A stretch of DNA of 64,000 bases from the NCBI GenBank assembly GCA_046339595.1, contig JBKDUF010000034.1, positions 8,963 through 72,962 on the forward strand. Direction: 5' to 3'. The position numbers and the translations under genes were made by a program. Positions 41,677-52,447 of this stretch are shown piece by piece. A model generated the notes under the pieces. That model was not told where the DNA came from. It was given only the letters and a program-made list of their open reading frames with translations, and ran no database searches. The stretch's first letter is position 1. Each line of letters begins with the position of its first letter. Source of the stretch: Betaproteobacteria bacterium. Lineage in GTDB: Bacteria; Pseudomonadota; Gammaproteobacteria; Burkholderiales; SG8-41.

Positions 41677-42989
41677 CCAGCATGCGCGTGAGCACCAGCA
41701 GTCTCTATGAAACCGGTGTCGGCGGCATGTTGCGGCTGCAGGACCAGCAGCTGCGACTGCAACAGCAGGTTTCCACCGGGCGCCGTATAAATTCACCAGC
41801 CGACGACCCGATTGCCGCTGCTGCGGTTCTTGAGATCGGCCAGGCCCAATCCATGCAGGAGCAGTTCGGACGCAATATCGAAAGCGCGCGCAGCGCCCTG
41901 CTGCAGGAGGAGCAGGCCCTGGGCGATGCCACCCGCGTGCTCCAGGATATCAAGACCTTGGCAGTGAACGCCGGCAATGGCGCGCTCTCCAATGCCGACC
42001 GCATGGCGCTGGCGACCGAACTGCAGGCGCGATATGACGAACTGCTTGCCATCGCCAACCGCAGCGACGGCAACGGGCATTACCTGTTTTCCGGATTCAA
42101 GGCGGATACGCCGCCTTTCCTGCAGAACGCCGGCGGCGCGATCAGCTACCAGGGTGACGAGGGCCAGCGCCTGGTCCAGATCGGCGTCCAACGCCGTGTC
42201 GCGGTCAGCGACTCGGGCGCCGCAGTGTTCATGACGGTGCGTGAGGGTGATGGCCGGATTGTTGCTGCCGCCGCGCAGGCCAATGCCGGAAGCGCCATTG
42301 TCGGCACGACCTCCGTGGGCAACGAGGCGGCCTGGAACGATCCCGCCAATCCGCGTGAGTTCTCGATCCGTTTCCATGTTGATGCCACGGTAACGCCGGC
42401 TCAGACCACGTATGACATTGTTGACACGGTGAACAACGTTTCGCTGCTCACCGGGGCTATACCTGCAGCAGGGCCCCACCTGCGCAGCTACAGCGAGAGC
42501 GCACCGATCGCGCTGCGCACAGTGGCGCCACCCGACACCAATCCGGTGCCATTTGATTTCGGTGCCACGGTGGCGGTCAGCGGAGCACCGGCCGACGGCG
42601 ACCTCATCGGCGTGCGCGCGGCAGCCACGCGCGATATGTTCGGCATGATTTCCGACCTGATTTCCAGCCTGCGTCAAGGGCAGTCCGCCACCGCGGCTTC
42701 AGCCGCCGCCTACCGCAACCGCCTCGACACTGCGCTCACCGGGATCGACAACGCGCTTGACCAGGTGCTGCTGGTCAGGGCCGGGGCGGGCACCCGGCTG
42801 GCGGAGCTCGATACTGCGCAGACTGCGGCCGAAGATGCGGTCCTCAATCATCAGCAGAACCTGTCACGGCTGCAGGATCTTGATTACGCCGCAGCTCTGT
42901 CCGAACTGGCACAGCGCCAGGCCCAGCTCGAGGCCGTGCAGAAATCCTTCCTTCAGATCACGCGTCTGCGCCTGTTCGATTTCATCTGA
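41673..42989 (+). CDS. flgL: hook-associated protein FlgL
   Basis: MRVST, TGRRINSPADDP, GHYLFSG, DLDYA. Confidence 0.96.
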   Translation: MTSMRVSTSSLYETGVGGMLRLQDQQLRLQQQVSTGRRINSPADDPIAAAAVLEIGQAQSMQEQFGRNIESARSALLQEEQALGDATRVLQDIKTLAVNAGNGALSNADRMALATELQARYDELLAIANRSDGNGHYLFSGFKADTPPFLQNAGGAISYQGDEGQRLVQIGVQRRVAVSDSGAAVFMTVREGDGRIVAAAAQANAGSAIVGTTSVGNEAAWNDPANPREFSIRFHVDATVTPAQTTYDIVDTVNNVSLLTGAIPAAGPHLRSYSESAPIALRTVAPPDTNPVPFDFGATVAVSGAPADGDLIGVRAAATRDMFGMISDLISSLRQGQSATAASAAAYRNRLDTALTGIDNALDQVLLVRAGAGTRLAELDTAQTAAEDAVLNHQQNLSRLQDLDYAAALSELAQRQAQLEAVQKSFLQITRLRLFDFI

Positions 42990-43000
42990 GGCAGGTCATC

Positions 43001-43441
43001 ATGGCGAAAACCCGTCACTTCCGTAAATCCGTCCTGCTGCTGTGCATGCTGCCGCTGGGCGGTTGCGTTTCTGCCGGCAGTGAAAGCACTCGTTCACCGC
43101 TGGTGGCGGACAAGGTGCTGCGGCTCTCCCCCTCGCTTTCCGTGCCGCTGGAGGCCATCGTCGCCGGAGCGGTGCTGTTTGCAGTGATTGATCCGCTGGC
43201 GCCGAACTGGGAAGTGGAGGCGCGCCCGCTGGGTGAAGGGCGTTACCTGCTGGCGCTGACCATGAAGCGCTTCGTGTCCGGCGGTGATGGCGAGGCCTAC
43301 CAGGTGATGCAGCGTGCAGCCGAGCGGCTGCAGCGAGAGGCCGGTGCGGTTGCCTATTCGGTAGCTGCCTACAGCGAGGGCATAGATTCGGGCCTGCCCG
43401 CGGCGCGCAGGGTCGCGCGCGCGCTGATCGAATTGCGCTGA
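43001..43441 (+). CDS. hypothetical lipoprotein
   Basis: Basic N-terminus, hydrophobic stretch, lipobox LGGC; 11 bp after flgL stop; no family recognised. Confidence 0.75.
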   Translation: MAKTRHFRKSVLLLCMLPLGGCVSAGSESTRSPLVADKVLRLSPSLSVPLEAIVAGAVLFAVIDPLAPNWEVEARPLGEGRYLLALTMKRFVSGGDGEAYQVMQRAAERLQREAGAVAYSVAAYSEGIDSGLPAARRVARALIELR

Positions 43442-43448
43442 AGTTTAT

Positions 43449-44219
43449 TCAGCGGCCGAGGCTGAACAGCCTCTCCATGGCTACGCGCAGCAGGCTTTCG
43501 GCTGTCGCCGGCAGCCAGGGCAGCGTCAGCAGCAGCGCGGCGAAACCCACGGCGAGCGTGATCGGAAAGCCGATCGCGAATACGTTGAGCTGGGGAGAGG
43601 AGCGGGTCAGCGCGGCTAGCGCCAGGTTCACTGTCAGCAGGGTAGCGATCACCGGCATCGCCAGCAGCAATGCGGCAGAAAAGATGCCCGCGCCCCAGCC
43701 CGCGATATCCAGCCAGCGGCCGGTGCCGGGAAGCGTGCCGACCGGAAGGTCCCGGAAGCTTTCCGCAAGCGCGGACAGCATCAGCAGATGGCCGTTCAGG
43801 GCCAGGAAAATCAGCGTAGTGAGAACGCCCAGGAATTGGCCGACCACCGGCATCTGGCCGGCATTCTGCGGGTCGTAGAACATCGCGAAACCGAGGCCCA
43901 TCTGCATGCCGATCAGTTCCCCTGCCATTTCCACCGCGGTGAATACCAGCCTCACAGCGAAACCCATGGTGAGTCCGATCAGCAATTGCTGCGCGAAGAT
44001 GCCGAGCCCGGCCAGCGAGTCAGGTGCCACTTGCGGCACCGGCGGCAGAGTCGGCGTCACGACGACGGTGATGAGCAGCGCAAGGCCGAGGCGCATGCGC
44101 AGTGGAAAGCGCGGATTGCCGAATAGCGGCGCCGAGATGAGCAGTCCCAGGACGCGGGCGAAGGGCCACAGGAATGCAGCGAGCCAGGCTGATAGCTCGG
44201 CGCTGCTGAAAGTCAGCAC
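43449..44219 (-). CDS. fliR: export gate protein FliR
   Basis: WPFAR, AGELIG.QMGLGFA, NGHL, PQLNVFAIGFP. Confidence 0.97.
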   Translation of the reverse strand: MLTFSSAELSAWLAAFLWPFARVLGLLISAPLFGNPRFPLRMRLGLALLITVVVTPTLPPVPQVAPDSLAGLGIFAQQLLIGLTMGFAVRLVFTAVEMAGELIGMQMGLGFAMFYDPQNAGQMPVVGQFLGVLTTLIFLALNGHLLMLSALAESFRDLPVGTLPGTGRWLDIAGWGAGIFSAALLLAMPVIATLLTVNLALAALTRSSPQLNVFAIGFPITLAVGFAALLLTLPWLPATAESLLRVAMERLFSLGR

Positions 44220-44231
44220 GACGCCGCGCGC

Positions 44232-44501
44232 TCAGCCGATCACGGAGGGAATGCTGGTGATCAGGCGCCGCATGTAATCGGTGAGCAGCGTCAGCATCCA
44301 CGGTCCCGACACCACCAGCATGATGAACACCGCCGCCAGCTTCGGGATGAATGACAGCGTCATTTCATTGATCTGGGTGGCAGCCTGGAACACGCTGATC
44401 AGCAGGCCCACTGCCAGTGCGGCGAGCAGCAGCGGCGCCGAGACCAGCAGCGTCATCTCGATGGCCGAGCGGCCCAGAGCAACTACGGCTTCGGGTGTCA
44501 T
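44232..44501 (-). CDS. fliQ: export gate protein FliQ
   Basis: FQAATQINEMTLSFIPK. Confidence 0.98.
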   Translation of the reverse strand: MTPEAVVALGRSAIEMTLLVSAPLLLAALAVGLLISVFQAATQINEMTLSFIPKLAAVFIMLVVSGPWMLTLLTDYMRRLITSIPSVIG

Positions 44502-44529
44502 AAAAATACCTTATTTTCAATTGGTTATG

Positions 44530-45285
44530 CTATGCCGGGTAGAAACTCTGCGCCAGCGATCCGATCAGCAGATTCCAGCCGTCAACCAGGACGAACAGCA
44601 TGATCTTGAACGGCAGCGCGATCAGCGCCGGCGATACCATCATCATGCCCATCGACATCAGCACGCTGGCAACCAGCATGTCGATGATGAGGAAGGGGAT
44701 GAACACGATGAAGCCGATCTGGAAGGCGGTCTTCAGCTCGCTGGTGACGTAGGCTGGCACCAGTATCTTCAGCGGCACCGCGGTGACATCCGCCGGCGGC
44801 GCCTCGCCGGACAGACGCACGAACAGTTCAAGGTCGGTTTCCCTGGTTTGGCGCAGCATGAACTGGCGCAGCGGTTCCGCGGCCTTGACCAGCGCCTGGC
44901 CAACGTCGAGCTTGTTCTCGACGTAGGGCTGGTAGGCCTCGGCATGGATGCGCTCGAGCACCGGCGACATCACGAACAGGGTCAGGAACAGCGCCAGTCC
45001 GACCAGCACCTGGTTCGGCGGTGCAGTTGGCGTACCCAGCGCCTGGCGCAGCAGCGACAGCACGATGATGATGCGGGTGAAGCCGGTCATCATCAGCAGC
45101 ACGGCCGGCAGGAAAGTGAGCGAGGTCAGCAGCAGCAGGGTCTGGATCGACAGCGTCCAGGTCTGGCCACCACCGGGCGCGGGTGTGCTGGTCAGGGCGG
45201 GAATGCCGGATTTCTGCGCCAGCACCGGCAATGCCAGTCCGAACAGCAGCACGCCGGCGAGCCCGCCGGCCAGCTTAGCGCGCAT
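44530..45285 (-). CDS. fliP: export gate protein FliP
   Basis: [43 protein letters not shown]. Confidence 0.98.
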   Translation of the reverse strand: MRAKLAGGLAGVLLFGLALPVLAQKSGIPALTSTPAPGGGQTWTLSIQTLLLLTSLTFLPAVLLMMTGFTRIIIVLSLLRQALGTPTAPPNQVLVGLALFLTLFVMSPVLERIHAEAYQPYVENKLDVGQALVKAAEPLRQFMLRQTRETDLELFVRLSGEAPPADVTAVPLKILVPAYVTSELKTAFQIGFIVFIPFLIIDMLVASVLMSMGMMMVSPALIALPFKIMLFVLVDGWNLLIGSLAQSFYPA

Positions 45286-45700
45286 GTTTGCGCTCCAGTG
45301 TGCGCTGCAGCCAGTCTGCGAGCCGGGCCGCATGCACCGGCGCCGGGGCCGCCGGCGGAGGCAGTTCGCCGCGGGCCATGCTGTGCAGGGCGCTGACGCT
45401 GCCCGGCGCCACACCGACCACCAGCCAGGTGCCGCCGATTTCGACCACCACCACGCGTTCACGCTGGCCGACGGCGGCGGCTGCAACCACGCGCAGCGCA
45501 TTGCCCCTGGCAAGGCCGTGCCCGGACATGCGTTTCATGACCCAGCCCATGCCCAGCACCAGCGCCAGCACGATGGCAAGGCCGAGCAGCATCTGCAGCA
45601 TGCCAGCGAGGGAAAAGGCAGCCGCGGTTTCCGCGGCCTGCGCCGGGGCGGCAGTCGTCAATGCCGCAAGAGTGAGGAGCCGGTTACGGAGTGTGTGCAT
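45275..45700 (-). CDS. fliO: flagellar biosynthesis protein FliO
   Basis: TM helix then [19 protein letters not shown]. Confidence 0.93.
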   Translation of the reverse strand: MHTLRNRLLTLAALTTAAPAQAAETAAAFSLAGMLQMLLGLAIVLALVLGMGWVMKRMSGHGLARGNALRVVAAAAVGQRERVVVVEIGGTWLVVGVAPGSVSALHSMARGELPPPAAPAPVHAARLADWLQRTLERKHAR

Positions 45701-45704
45701 GGTT

Positions 45705-46112
45705 TTAGCGGCGCAGCTTGCGGAGGCGTTCACTGGGCGTAATGATGTCAGTGAGGCGGATGCCGAATTTGTCATTCACCACCACCACCTCGCCCTGTGC
45801 GATCAGGCAGCCGTTGACCAGCACATCCATCGGTTCGCCGGCCATGCCGTCGAGTTCCACCACCGAACCCTGTGCAAGCTGCAGCAGGTTCTTGATCGGC
45901 ACTTTGGTGCGGCCGAGTTCGACCGTTAGCTGCATCGGGATGTCTAGGATCAGGTCAATGTCGCCCGGCGCTTCGTTGCGTGCGCCGCTGCCTGAGAATT
46001 TTTCGAAGATCGCCGCCGGCGTGCCGCGCATCGGTGCCGCTTCGGCGGCGCCGGTGCCGGCGATGCTGCTGTCCTCGGCCTGGGCCGCGGCTGGGGTCTG
46101 TTCATTCATCAT
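45705..46112 (-). CDS. fliN: C-ring protein FliN
   Basis: DIP.QLTVELGRT, GSVVELD..AGEP, GEVVVVNDKFGIR. Confidence 0.97.
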   Translation of the reverse strand: MMNEQTPAAAQAEDSSIAGTGAAEAAPMRGTPAAIFEKFSGSGARNEAPGDIDLILDIPMQLTVELGRTKVPIKNLLQLAQGSVVELDGMAGEPMDVLVNGCLIAQGEVVVVNDKFGIRLTDIITPSERLRKLRR

Positions 46113-46121
46113 GGGCTCCGC

Positions 46122-47096
46122 TCAAGGGGCGCAGGGTGCGAGCAGCCGCTCGACCTTCAGCGCATACTGTCCGTTCAGGATTCCGCACTTGCATTCCATC
46201 ACCGGTACCCGGTCCACTTCGGCCACCAGCGGTTGCGGAATTTCGAGGCTGATCACGTCGCCGACCTGCATCGCCAGCAGTTGCTGTATCGAAACCTCAG
46301 CGCGGCCGAGATTGACCACCATCTCGACAGCCGCGCTCTGCACGCCGCTGGACAGGCGGCGCACCCAGGCCTGGTCGGGATCCGCGTCCTCCCCGGGCAC
46401 CGTGCCGGAAAGACGGTCGCGGATCGGCTCGATCATCGAGTACGGCAGGCAGATATGGAGATCGCCGCCATCGGCGCCGAACTCGATCGAGAACGTCGTC
46501 ACTGCTGCAAGGTCTGCGGGTGCGCCAATGTTGACCAGTTGCATCGACAGTTCCGAGCGCAGGTATTCCGGTGTCAGCGGGTGTACCGGCGCCCAGGCGT
46601 TTTCGAGGCTTGCTGTGACGATGCCGAGCAGGCGCTGGATGATGCGCTGCTCGGTCTGCGTGAAGTCGCGTCCGTCAACCGGAGTGTGAAGCCGGCCGCT
46701 GCCTCCGAACAGGCTGTCCACCACCGAGGACACCAGTGCAGGATCAAGCACCACCAGCGCCGTGCCGCGAAGCGGTTTCAGGCGCAGCAGATTGATGCTC
46801 GCCGGAACCAGAAGGCTGCGCGTGAAGTCCGCGTAACTCTGGATCTTGATTGCGCCGACGGAGATTTCAGGCGTGCGGCGCGCATAGTCGATGATTCCGC
46901 TGCGCAGCCGGTGTGAAAAAGATTCGTTGATGCTCTCCAGCGTCAGCAGGCGGCCGCGCTGGGCGCGGTCCTGCGACGACAGGTCGAAGCTGCGCACACC
47001 CCCGGGCGGTTGCGGTTCTGCCGCAGCTCCCGGTTCTCCGGTGACGCCCTGCAGCAAGGCATCAACCTCGTCCTGGGACAGGAAATCCGTGCTCAT
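46122..47096 (-). CDS. fliM: C-ring switch protein FliM
   Basis: LSQDEVDALL, LFGG.G, GRDFT.TE, PYSMIEPIR. Confidence 0.97.
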   Translation of the reverse strand: MSTDFLSQDEVDALLQGVTGEPGAAAEPQPPGGVRSFDLSSQDRAQRGRLLTLESINESFSHRLRSGIIDYARRTPEISVGAIKIQSYADFTRSLLVPASINLLRLKPLRGTALVVLDPALVSSVVDSLFGGSGRLHTPVDGRDFTQTEQRIIQRLLGIVTASLENAWAPVHPLTPEYLRSELSMQLVNIGAPADLAAVTTFSIEFGADGGDLHICLPYSMIEPIRDRLSGTVPGEDADPDQAWVRRLSSGVQSAAVEMVVNLGRAEVSIQQLLAMQVGDVISLEIPQPLVAEVDRVPVMECKCGILNGQYALKVERLLAPCAP

Positions 47097-47111
47097 CGTA
47101 CCGTTGCCGTA

Positions 47112-47711
47112 TTACTGGATCAGAAAAGAAGTGAAAAGCACACCCAGGACCATCGGCTGGGCGGACCGCGGCATTTCCGCGGCTGCGGCGGGTACCCCTT
47201 CAGCGGCGGCTTCGGGTGCATCTGTCTGGTTGACGCCGGCCACGGGCGTGATGTTGACCTGCTGGTCTGCTGTTTTTTTCAGAGAGGCTGGATCAACGAT
47301 TTTTGACGCTTCAAGCTGCAGTTCCCGGGCAAGCTGATTTTTGCCCTCGAGCCGAAGCATATCGTTCACACTTTTCGCTGAAAGTATGAGCAGCATGCGG
47401 TTGCGGATTTCAGGCATCTGGCCCTTGATTTTTTCTGCAACTGCATCACTGGCCACCTTGAGCGTGATCCCAACCTGTATGTAATGCTGGGGCGCGCCTA
47501 CATCAGGACGCAGGTTGACGGTAAAGAGTTCCAGCGGCACAAATGCGGGCTGTACCACCGGCGCTGGTTTTTCCGCCCCGCTTTCGCGGCCAATCATCCA
47601 CCACGCGACGCCGCCGCCGCTGCCGCCGACAGCCAGCGCAGCCACCAGCAACAACAGGATTTTCTTCATGCCACCCCCGGCTGCCGCCGGTGCCTGTCCC
47701 GCTTCTGCCAT
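47112..47711 (-). CDS. fliL: basal-body associated protein FliL
   Basis: TM helix, FTVNL, PEIRNR.LL.LS, GK..L, VLFTSF.IQ. Confidence 0.93.
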   Translation of the reverse strand: MAEAGQAPAAAGGGMKKILLLLVAALAVGGSGGGVAWWMIGRESGAEKPAPVVQPAFVPLELFTVNLRPDVGAPQHYIQVGITLKVASDAVAEKIKGQMPEIRNRMLLILSAKSVNDMLRLEGKNQLARELQLEASKIVDPASLKKTADQQVNITPVAGVNQTDAPEAAAEGVPAAAAEMPRSAQPMVLGVLFTSFLIQ

Positions 47712-47814
47712 GACACCTCCCGCTTGATCATGACCATCATTGTCCGGCTGTGCCAGCCACTGCGAATGCCGGATTAAGTGGCGTTAAGCCCTGCATCTCC
47801 CGCCTTCGCTGTGC

Positions 47815-48885
47815 TCAGGCATAGGTATCAACAAGCAGCCTGCCGATGGTGGCTCGCATGGGTGCCGCCGCCAGCATTTCCTCTGAAGGAGTGGCCCGGT
47901 CGTGCGGCAAGCTGCCGCTCCGCTGCTGGCCGCGCTCCTGTCCATGCGGCTGGTTCCCGCTGGAAACCGAGGCCTCGCCCAACTGCAGACCGGCCTGTTG
48001 CAGCGAGTCACGCAACTGGGGCAGGGCCTGTTCGATCACCTCGCGCACCTGAGGGTGAAGGGCCACAAACGACACGCTGGCCTCGTTGCGTTCGAGCGAG
48101 ATGCGTACGCTGATCGGTCCCAGTTCCTCGGGGCTGATGCGAAGTTCAGCAGCCTGCAAACCTTTGCCGATGCTGAAGGTAACCCGTTCAGAGAACTGCC
48201 CGGCCCAATCGCGATGTTGCAGCGGCAGTGCCACGTCGAGTTGCGGCAGCCCGGATGTGGCGACCGCCGCTGTCGTGGTTGCCGCGGGTGCCAGTGCCAG
48301 AGCCCCGACCGTGGTTGTCGCAGCCGGCGCAGTGCTGCCCGTACCGGCAGACGCGCCTCCCGCAGCCGCAGGTGCAATGCCGGGCGTGTTTTCCGCGGCG
48401 AACGCATCGAGTGGCGCGGTTTGCCCCGGGTCCGTTACAGTAGTGACCGATTCTCCTGCCTGACCGGCCTTGGCGTCGGCACGGTAGTCCGGCGCGGGTT
48501 TCCCCTGTCCCGGTCTTGCGTGGGCGGCAATCGGGGCGGGCTGCAGGGCCAGCACAGCCCGTTTGCCTCCGGCCGTTGTCATGCTGCGATCCGCTATGGC
48601 TGTATCCGCCCCGGTGCTCAAGCCAGGGATCAGCGCTGCCACTGTCCCGGCGCCGTCGAGCATGGCCGGCAGCTGCGGCGGCGCTTCCCCCGGCGGCGTG
48701 ACGGCGGCCGTATCGACGGGAGTGTCGCCGGACGTGGATTCGGATTCCGGGCGGGAAGCAGCCTGCTGCTCATCCGGCAGCTCCGCCGCCAGTGCTTCGG
48801 AAAATCCTGAGGCAGGCACGTCGGAGGATGGCGGGGAATTGGGTGCGGCCGGGGGGGTGACCGGCGCGATGGCGGCGATATTCAT
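47815..48885 (-). CDS. fliK: hook-length control protein FliK
   Basis: Ala/Pro-rich N-terminus; AELRISPEELG.I, EQALPQLR..L...GL.LG...V, DTYA end. Confidence 0.92.
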   Translation of the reverse strand: MNIAAIAPVTPPAAPNSPPSSDVPASGFSEALAAELPDEQQAASRPESESTSGDTPVDTAAVTPPGEAPPQLPAMLDGAGTVAALIPGLSTGADTAIADRSMTTAGGKRAVLALQPAPIAAHARPGQGKPAPDYRADAKAGQAGESVTTVTDPGQTAPLDAFAAENTPGIAPAAAGGASAGTGSTAPAATTTVGALALAPAATTTAAVATSGLPQLDVALPLQHRDWAGQFSERVTFSIGKGLQAAELRISPEELGPISVRISLERNEASVSFVALHPQVREVIEQALPQLRDSLQQAGLQLGEASVSSGNQPHGQERGQQRSGSLPHDRATPSEEMLAAAPMRATIGRLLVDTYA

Positions 48886-48910
48886 GGCAGTTCCTGTCGC
48901 GGCAAGCCGT

Positions 48911-49360
48911 TCATGCGCTGCGCGCCTTGCGGCTGCCGCGCTGGCTGGTGAGTTCGTCCAGGGCTCGTTGCTCGGCGCGACGTTCCTGCAGCTGCGCCGT
49001 GGTCTGGTGGCGCTCGGCTAGGGTGCCGAAGGCCTTGACCCGGCGGCGGCGGTCCAGGTGTTCGCGCTGGCCGGCGGCCACCTGCTTGCGCGCCTGTTCC
49101 ACCGTGGCCTGCTGCTGGAGGATTGCGGTGTCGAGCTTGTCCATGAACTCGTGGAAGTTGCCGAAGGGCAGGTTGCTCGGGTTGTCGCGCAAAGCTGTTC
49201 GGAAACGCTCGAGATATTCCTCGCGGTAGCGCTGTAACAGTTGCAGCTTTAGCTCGAGCTGGCTGGCCTGCGCCGTCAGGGTGCCCAGGCGCAGCGCCGA
49301 CTTTTCGGCCTCACGTTCGGCCAGGTCGAGGATGGGTTGCAGTCGGAAAGACTTGGTCAT
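48911..49360 (-). CDS. fliJ: export protein FliJ
   Basis: L..YR.EY, F..KLD.AI.QQ, EQRALDE; after fliI. Confidence 0.93.
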   Translation of the reverse strand: MTKSFRLQPILDLAEREAEKSALRLGTLTAQASQLELKLQLLQRYREEYLERFRTALRDNPSNLPFGNFHEFMDKLDTAILQQQATVEQARKQVAAGQREHLDRRRRVKAFGTLAERHQTTAQLQERRAEQRALDELTSQRGSRKARSA

Positions 49361-49383
49361 GCGGTTCTCCGTGTAGACATGGC

Positions 49384-50796
49384 TTAGTGCGTGCCGTTAC
49401 TGCTATCCAGCAACTGGCCCAAGCCTGCAACGCTTTGTACATAGCGTGACTGTTCGCTCATCCCCTGCTGCAGGAAACGCTCCATTTCCGGCTGCAGTGC
49501 GATCGCCTGGTCGAGAAGGGGGTCGCTGCCTGCGGCGTAGGCACCGACGCTGATCAAGTCGCGGCTGCGCTGGTAGCGCGAGTAGAGCTGCTTGAAGCGG
49601 CGCACGCGCTCGAAATGCTTCTCGTCGATCAGTGCGGTCATGGCGCGGCTGACCGAAGTTTCGATGTCAATGGCCGGGTAATGACCGGTATCGGCCAGCT
49701 GGCGCGACAGCATGATGTGGCCGTCGAGGATCGCGCGTGCGCTGTCGCCCACCGGATCCTGGGCATCATCTCCCTCGATCAGCACGGTGTAGAAGGCGGT
49801 GATCGAGCCCCCGCCCTTCCCGGCGTTGCCGGCGCGCTCGACCAGCTGCGGCAGCTTGGCGAAGACCGATGGCGGATAACCCTTGGTCACCGGCGGCTCG
49901 CCGATCGCCAATGCGATCTCGCGCTGTGCCATCGCGTAGCGCGTGAGCGAATCCATGATCAGCAGCACGTGCCTGCCCTGGTCCCGGAAATGCTCGGCGA
50001 TTGCCGTCGCGTAAGCCGCGCCCTGAAGGCGCATCAGGGGGCTGACATCGGCCGGCGCCGCGACGACCACCGATCGTGCCAGTCCCTGCTCGCCAAGGAT
50101 GGTCTCGATGAATTCCTTCACTTCGCGGCCACGCTCGCCGATAAGGCCGACCACGATCACATCGGCGCTGGTGTAGCGCGCCATCATGCCCAGCAATACG
50201 CTCTTGCCGACGCCGCTGCCCGCGAACAGGCCCATGCGCTGGCCGCGACCGACGGTGAGCAGGCCATTGATGGCACGGATGCCGGTGTCGAGTGGTTCGC
50301 TGATCGGTGCGCGATCAAGCGGGTTGAGCGGGCGGTTGTGCAGCGAAACCGCGCGTTCCGTTCGCAGCGGACCGAGCCCGTCGAGTGGCTTGCCGGTGCT
50401 GTCGAGCACGCGGCCGAGCAGGCCGTTGCCCACCGGCACGTGCTTGGCGTAGTCGGCGGCACGCCGCCGCGGCCGCGGCGTTTCGGCCAGGCGCGGCCGC
50501 TCCACCGCAGGCTCGAGCGCGACGATGCGTGCTCCCGGCGTCACGCCATAGGTATCGGAAGCTGGCATCAGATACAGGCGGTCATCGGAAAAACCCACAA
50601 CTTCCGCGTCCACGGCCTGTCCGCCCGGTAGTTCGACGTTACAGCAGCTGCCAACTGCCAGTCGCAGACCGGCAGCCTCCATCACCATGCCGGTGACGCG
50701 GATCAGGCGGCCGCTGGCGCGTACCGTCGGCGTCACCTTGGCTACATGGCAGCAGTCAGCGAGGAACTTGACCAGCGCGGTCTGGCGGTTGCTCAT
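49384..50796 (-). CDS. fliI: flagellar export ATPase FliI
   Basis: [38 protein letters not shown]. Confidence 0.98.
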   Translation of the reverse strand: MSNRQTALVKFLADCCHVAKVTPTVRASGRLIRVTGMVMEAAGLRLAVGSCCNVELPGGQAVDAEVVGFSDDRLYLMPASDTYGVTPGARIVALEPAVERPRLAETPRPRRRAADYAKHVPVGNGLLGRVLDSTGKPLDGLGPLRTERAVSLHNRPLNPLDRAPISEPLDTGIRAINGLLTVGRGQRMGLFAGSGVGKSVLLGMMARYTSADVIVVGLIGERGREVKEFIETILGEQGLARSVVVAAPADVSPLMRLQGAAYATAIAEHFRDQGRHVLLIMDSLTRYAMAQREIALAIGEPPVTKGYPPSVFAKLPQLVERAGNAGKGGGSITAFYTVLIEGDDAQDPVGDSARAILDGHIMLSRQLADTGHYPAIDIETSVSRAMTALIDEKHFERVRRFKQLYSRYQRSRDLISVGAYAAGSDPLLDQAIALQPEMERFLQQGMSEQSRYVQSVAGLGQLLDSSNGTH

Positions 50797-51428
50797 CACG
50801 GATTGTCCGGCGTGTCGAGCCATGCGCCGTCGCGGCCGAAGGCGGCGAGCAGGCGCTGCCAGCGGCTCTCGACGCTGGCATCGAGGGAGCCGCCGGCGCT
50901 TTCCAGCCGGCAGCCGCCGCGGGCAAGCGACGGATCCTCGCTGATGATCCAGCCCCCGGCCTTGCACTGCTCCTCCAGGTTTTCGCGCACGATCTTCGCA
51001 TCCGCGGGATGCAGCGCGACCTGCGCAGGTGCATGAGCACGACCTGAGGCCTGAAGGCACTCCCGTACTACCGGAAGTACCAGTTCCGGGCGGAGGCGAA
51101 GCGCTTCACCGGCGATACGCCGTGCCAGTGCAATTGCTAGGTCGAGCAGCTCGTCTGCGAGATGGGCGTCAATGGCCGACACTTCGCGGTTGGCCGTGGC
51201 CAGCAAGGCATTGAGCTGCATGACCTGCATCGCCGTCGCACGCTGCACATCGGCCTGTGCGGCAGCGACTCCTGCGCGATAGCCGGCCTCGTAGCCTTCA
51301 CGCTGCGTTACAGCATCAGGCTGTGCATCTTCGACGCACGGTTTTTCATCCGTGACGGTATCGAAGGAGTTGAGCTCCCAGCGCTGGTAGGCCGAAAGTT
51401 TCTCTCGCGGTATGACTGTGCTGGACAT
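50796..51428 (-). CDS. fliH: export protein FliH
   Basis: YQRWEL, EGY.AGY.AG, LHP.D, GGCRLE. Confidence 0.94.
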   Translation of the reverse strand: MSSTVIPREKLSAYQRWELNSFDTVTDEKPCVEDAQPDAVTQREGYEAGYRAGVAAAQADVQRATAMQVMQLNALLATANREVSAIDAHLADELLDLAIALARRIAGEALRLRPELVLPVVRECLQASGRAHAPAQVALHPADAKIVRENLEEQCKAGGWIISEDPSLARGGCRLESAGGSLDASVESRWQRLLAAFGRDGAWLDTPDNP

Positions 51429-51445
51429 CGCTGTTAGCCCCTAGG

Positions 51446-52447
51446 TCAGACAAAAGCTTCGCCGCCGCCGCTGGCCAGCATGATCTGGCCCTCGTCGGCG
51501 AGGCGGCGCACCACTTTCAGGATTTCCTTCTGCTGCGCCTCGACTTCCGATACCCGTACCGCGCCCTTGGCCTCGAGGTCTTCCTTCAGCATCTCGCCGG
51601 CGCGCTGCGACATGTTGCGGAAAATCTTGTCGCGCAGTTCCTGAGAGGACCCCTTGAGCGCTAGGATCAGCGATTCGGACTGCACTTCGCGCAACAGGGT
51701 CTGGATTGCGCGGTCCTCCAGCGCCAGCAAGTTTTCCCAGATGAACATCTGGTCGACAATGCTTTGCGCGAGATCCGCATCGAACTCCTTTACCGACTCC
51801 ACCACCGGTGCTTCCTGGGTGTTGGGCAGGAAGTTGAGGATTTCGGCGGCCGTGCGTGCCCCGCCCATCGGCTCTTTCTTGAAATTGCCGCCCCCGGCCA
51901 GCAGGCGAGAAAGCACGTCATTCAGTTCGCGCAGCGCCGCCGGCTGGATGCTGTCGAGGGTGGCAATGCGCAGCATCACATCGTTGCGCAGCTTTTCATT
52001 AAATTTTTGGAGTATCTGCGCTGCGTGATCGCGATCCAGGTACACGAGTATGGTGGCGATGATCTGCGGATGCTCTTCGCCCACGAGGTCCGCCACCGCG
52101 CCGGCATCCATCCATTTCAGTCCGTCAATGCCGTGGTTGTCGCTGCTCTGCAGGATGCGGTCTATCAGGTTGGCCGCGCGGTCATCGCCCAAGGCCTTGC
52201 GCAGAACCGAGCGCACATAGTCGTCTGCGGCCAGCCCGATGCTACTCTGGCCCGCTGCGTTATCGCAGAATTCACCGAGCGTGGCGGTGATCTGCTCTCG
52301 CGTCACCGATTTCAGTGAGGCCATCGCCGCGCCGATGCGCTGCACTTCCCGGGGGCCGAGGTGCTTGAGCACTTCCGCCGCCTCGTCTTCACCCAGTGAC
52401 ATCAGCAGTATCGCGCTTTTCTGGATGCCTTCATCATCCATTGCCAT
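51446..52447 (-). CDS. fliG: C-ring rotor protein FliG
   Basis: KSAILL.SLG, EHPQIIA, GG...AAEILN, NMSQRA, VEAQQ. Confidence 0.98.
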   Translation of the reverse strand: MAMDDEGIQKSAILLMSLGEDEAAEVLKHLGPREVQRIGAAMASLKSVTREQITATLGEFCDNAAGQSSIGLAADDYVRSVLRKALGDDRAANLIDRILQSSDNHGIDGLKWMDAGAVADLVGEEHPQIIATILVYLDRDHAAQILQKFNEKLRNDVMLRIATLDSIQPAALRELNDVLSRLLAGGGNFKKEPMGGARTAAEILNFLPNTQEAPVVESVKEFDADLAQSIVDQMFIWENLLALEDRAIQTLLREVQSESLILALKGSSQELRDKIFRNMSQRAGEMLKEDLEAKGAVRVSEVEAQQKEILKVVRRLADEGQIMLASGGGEAFV

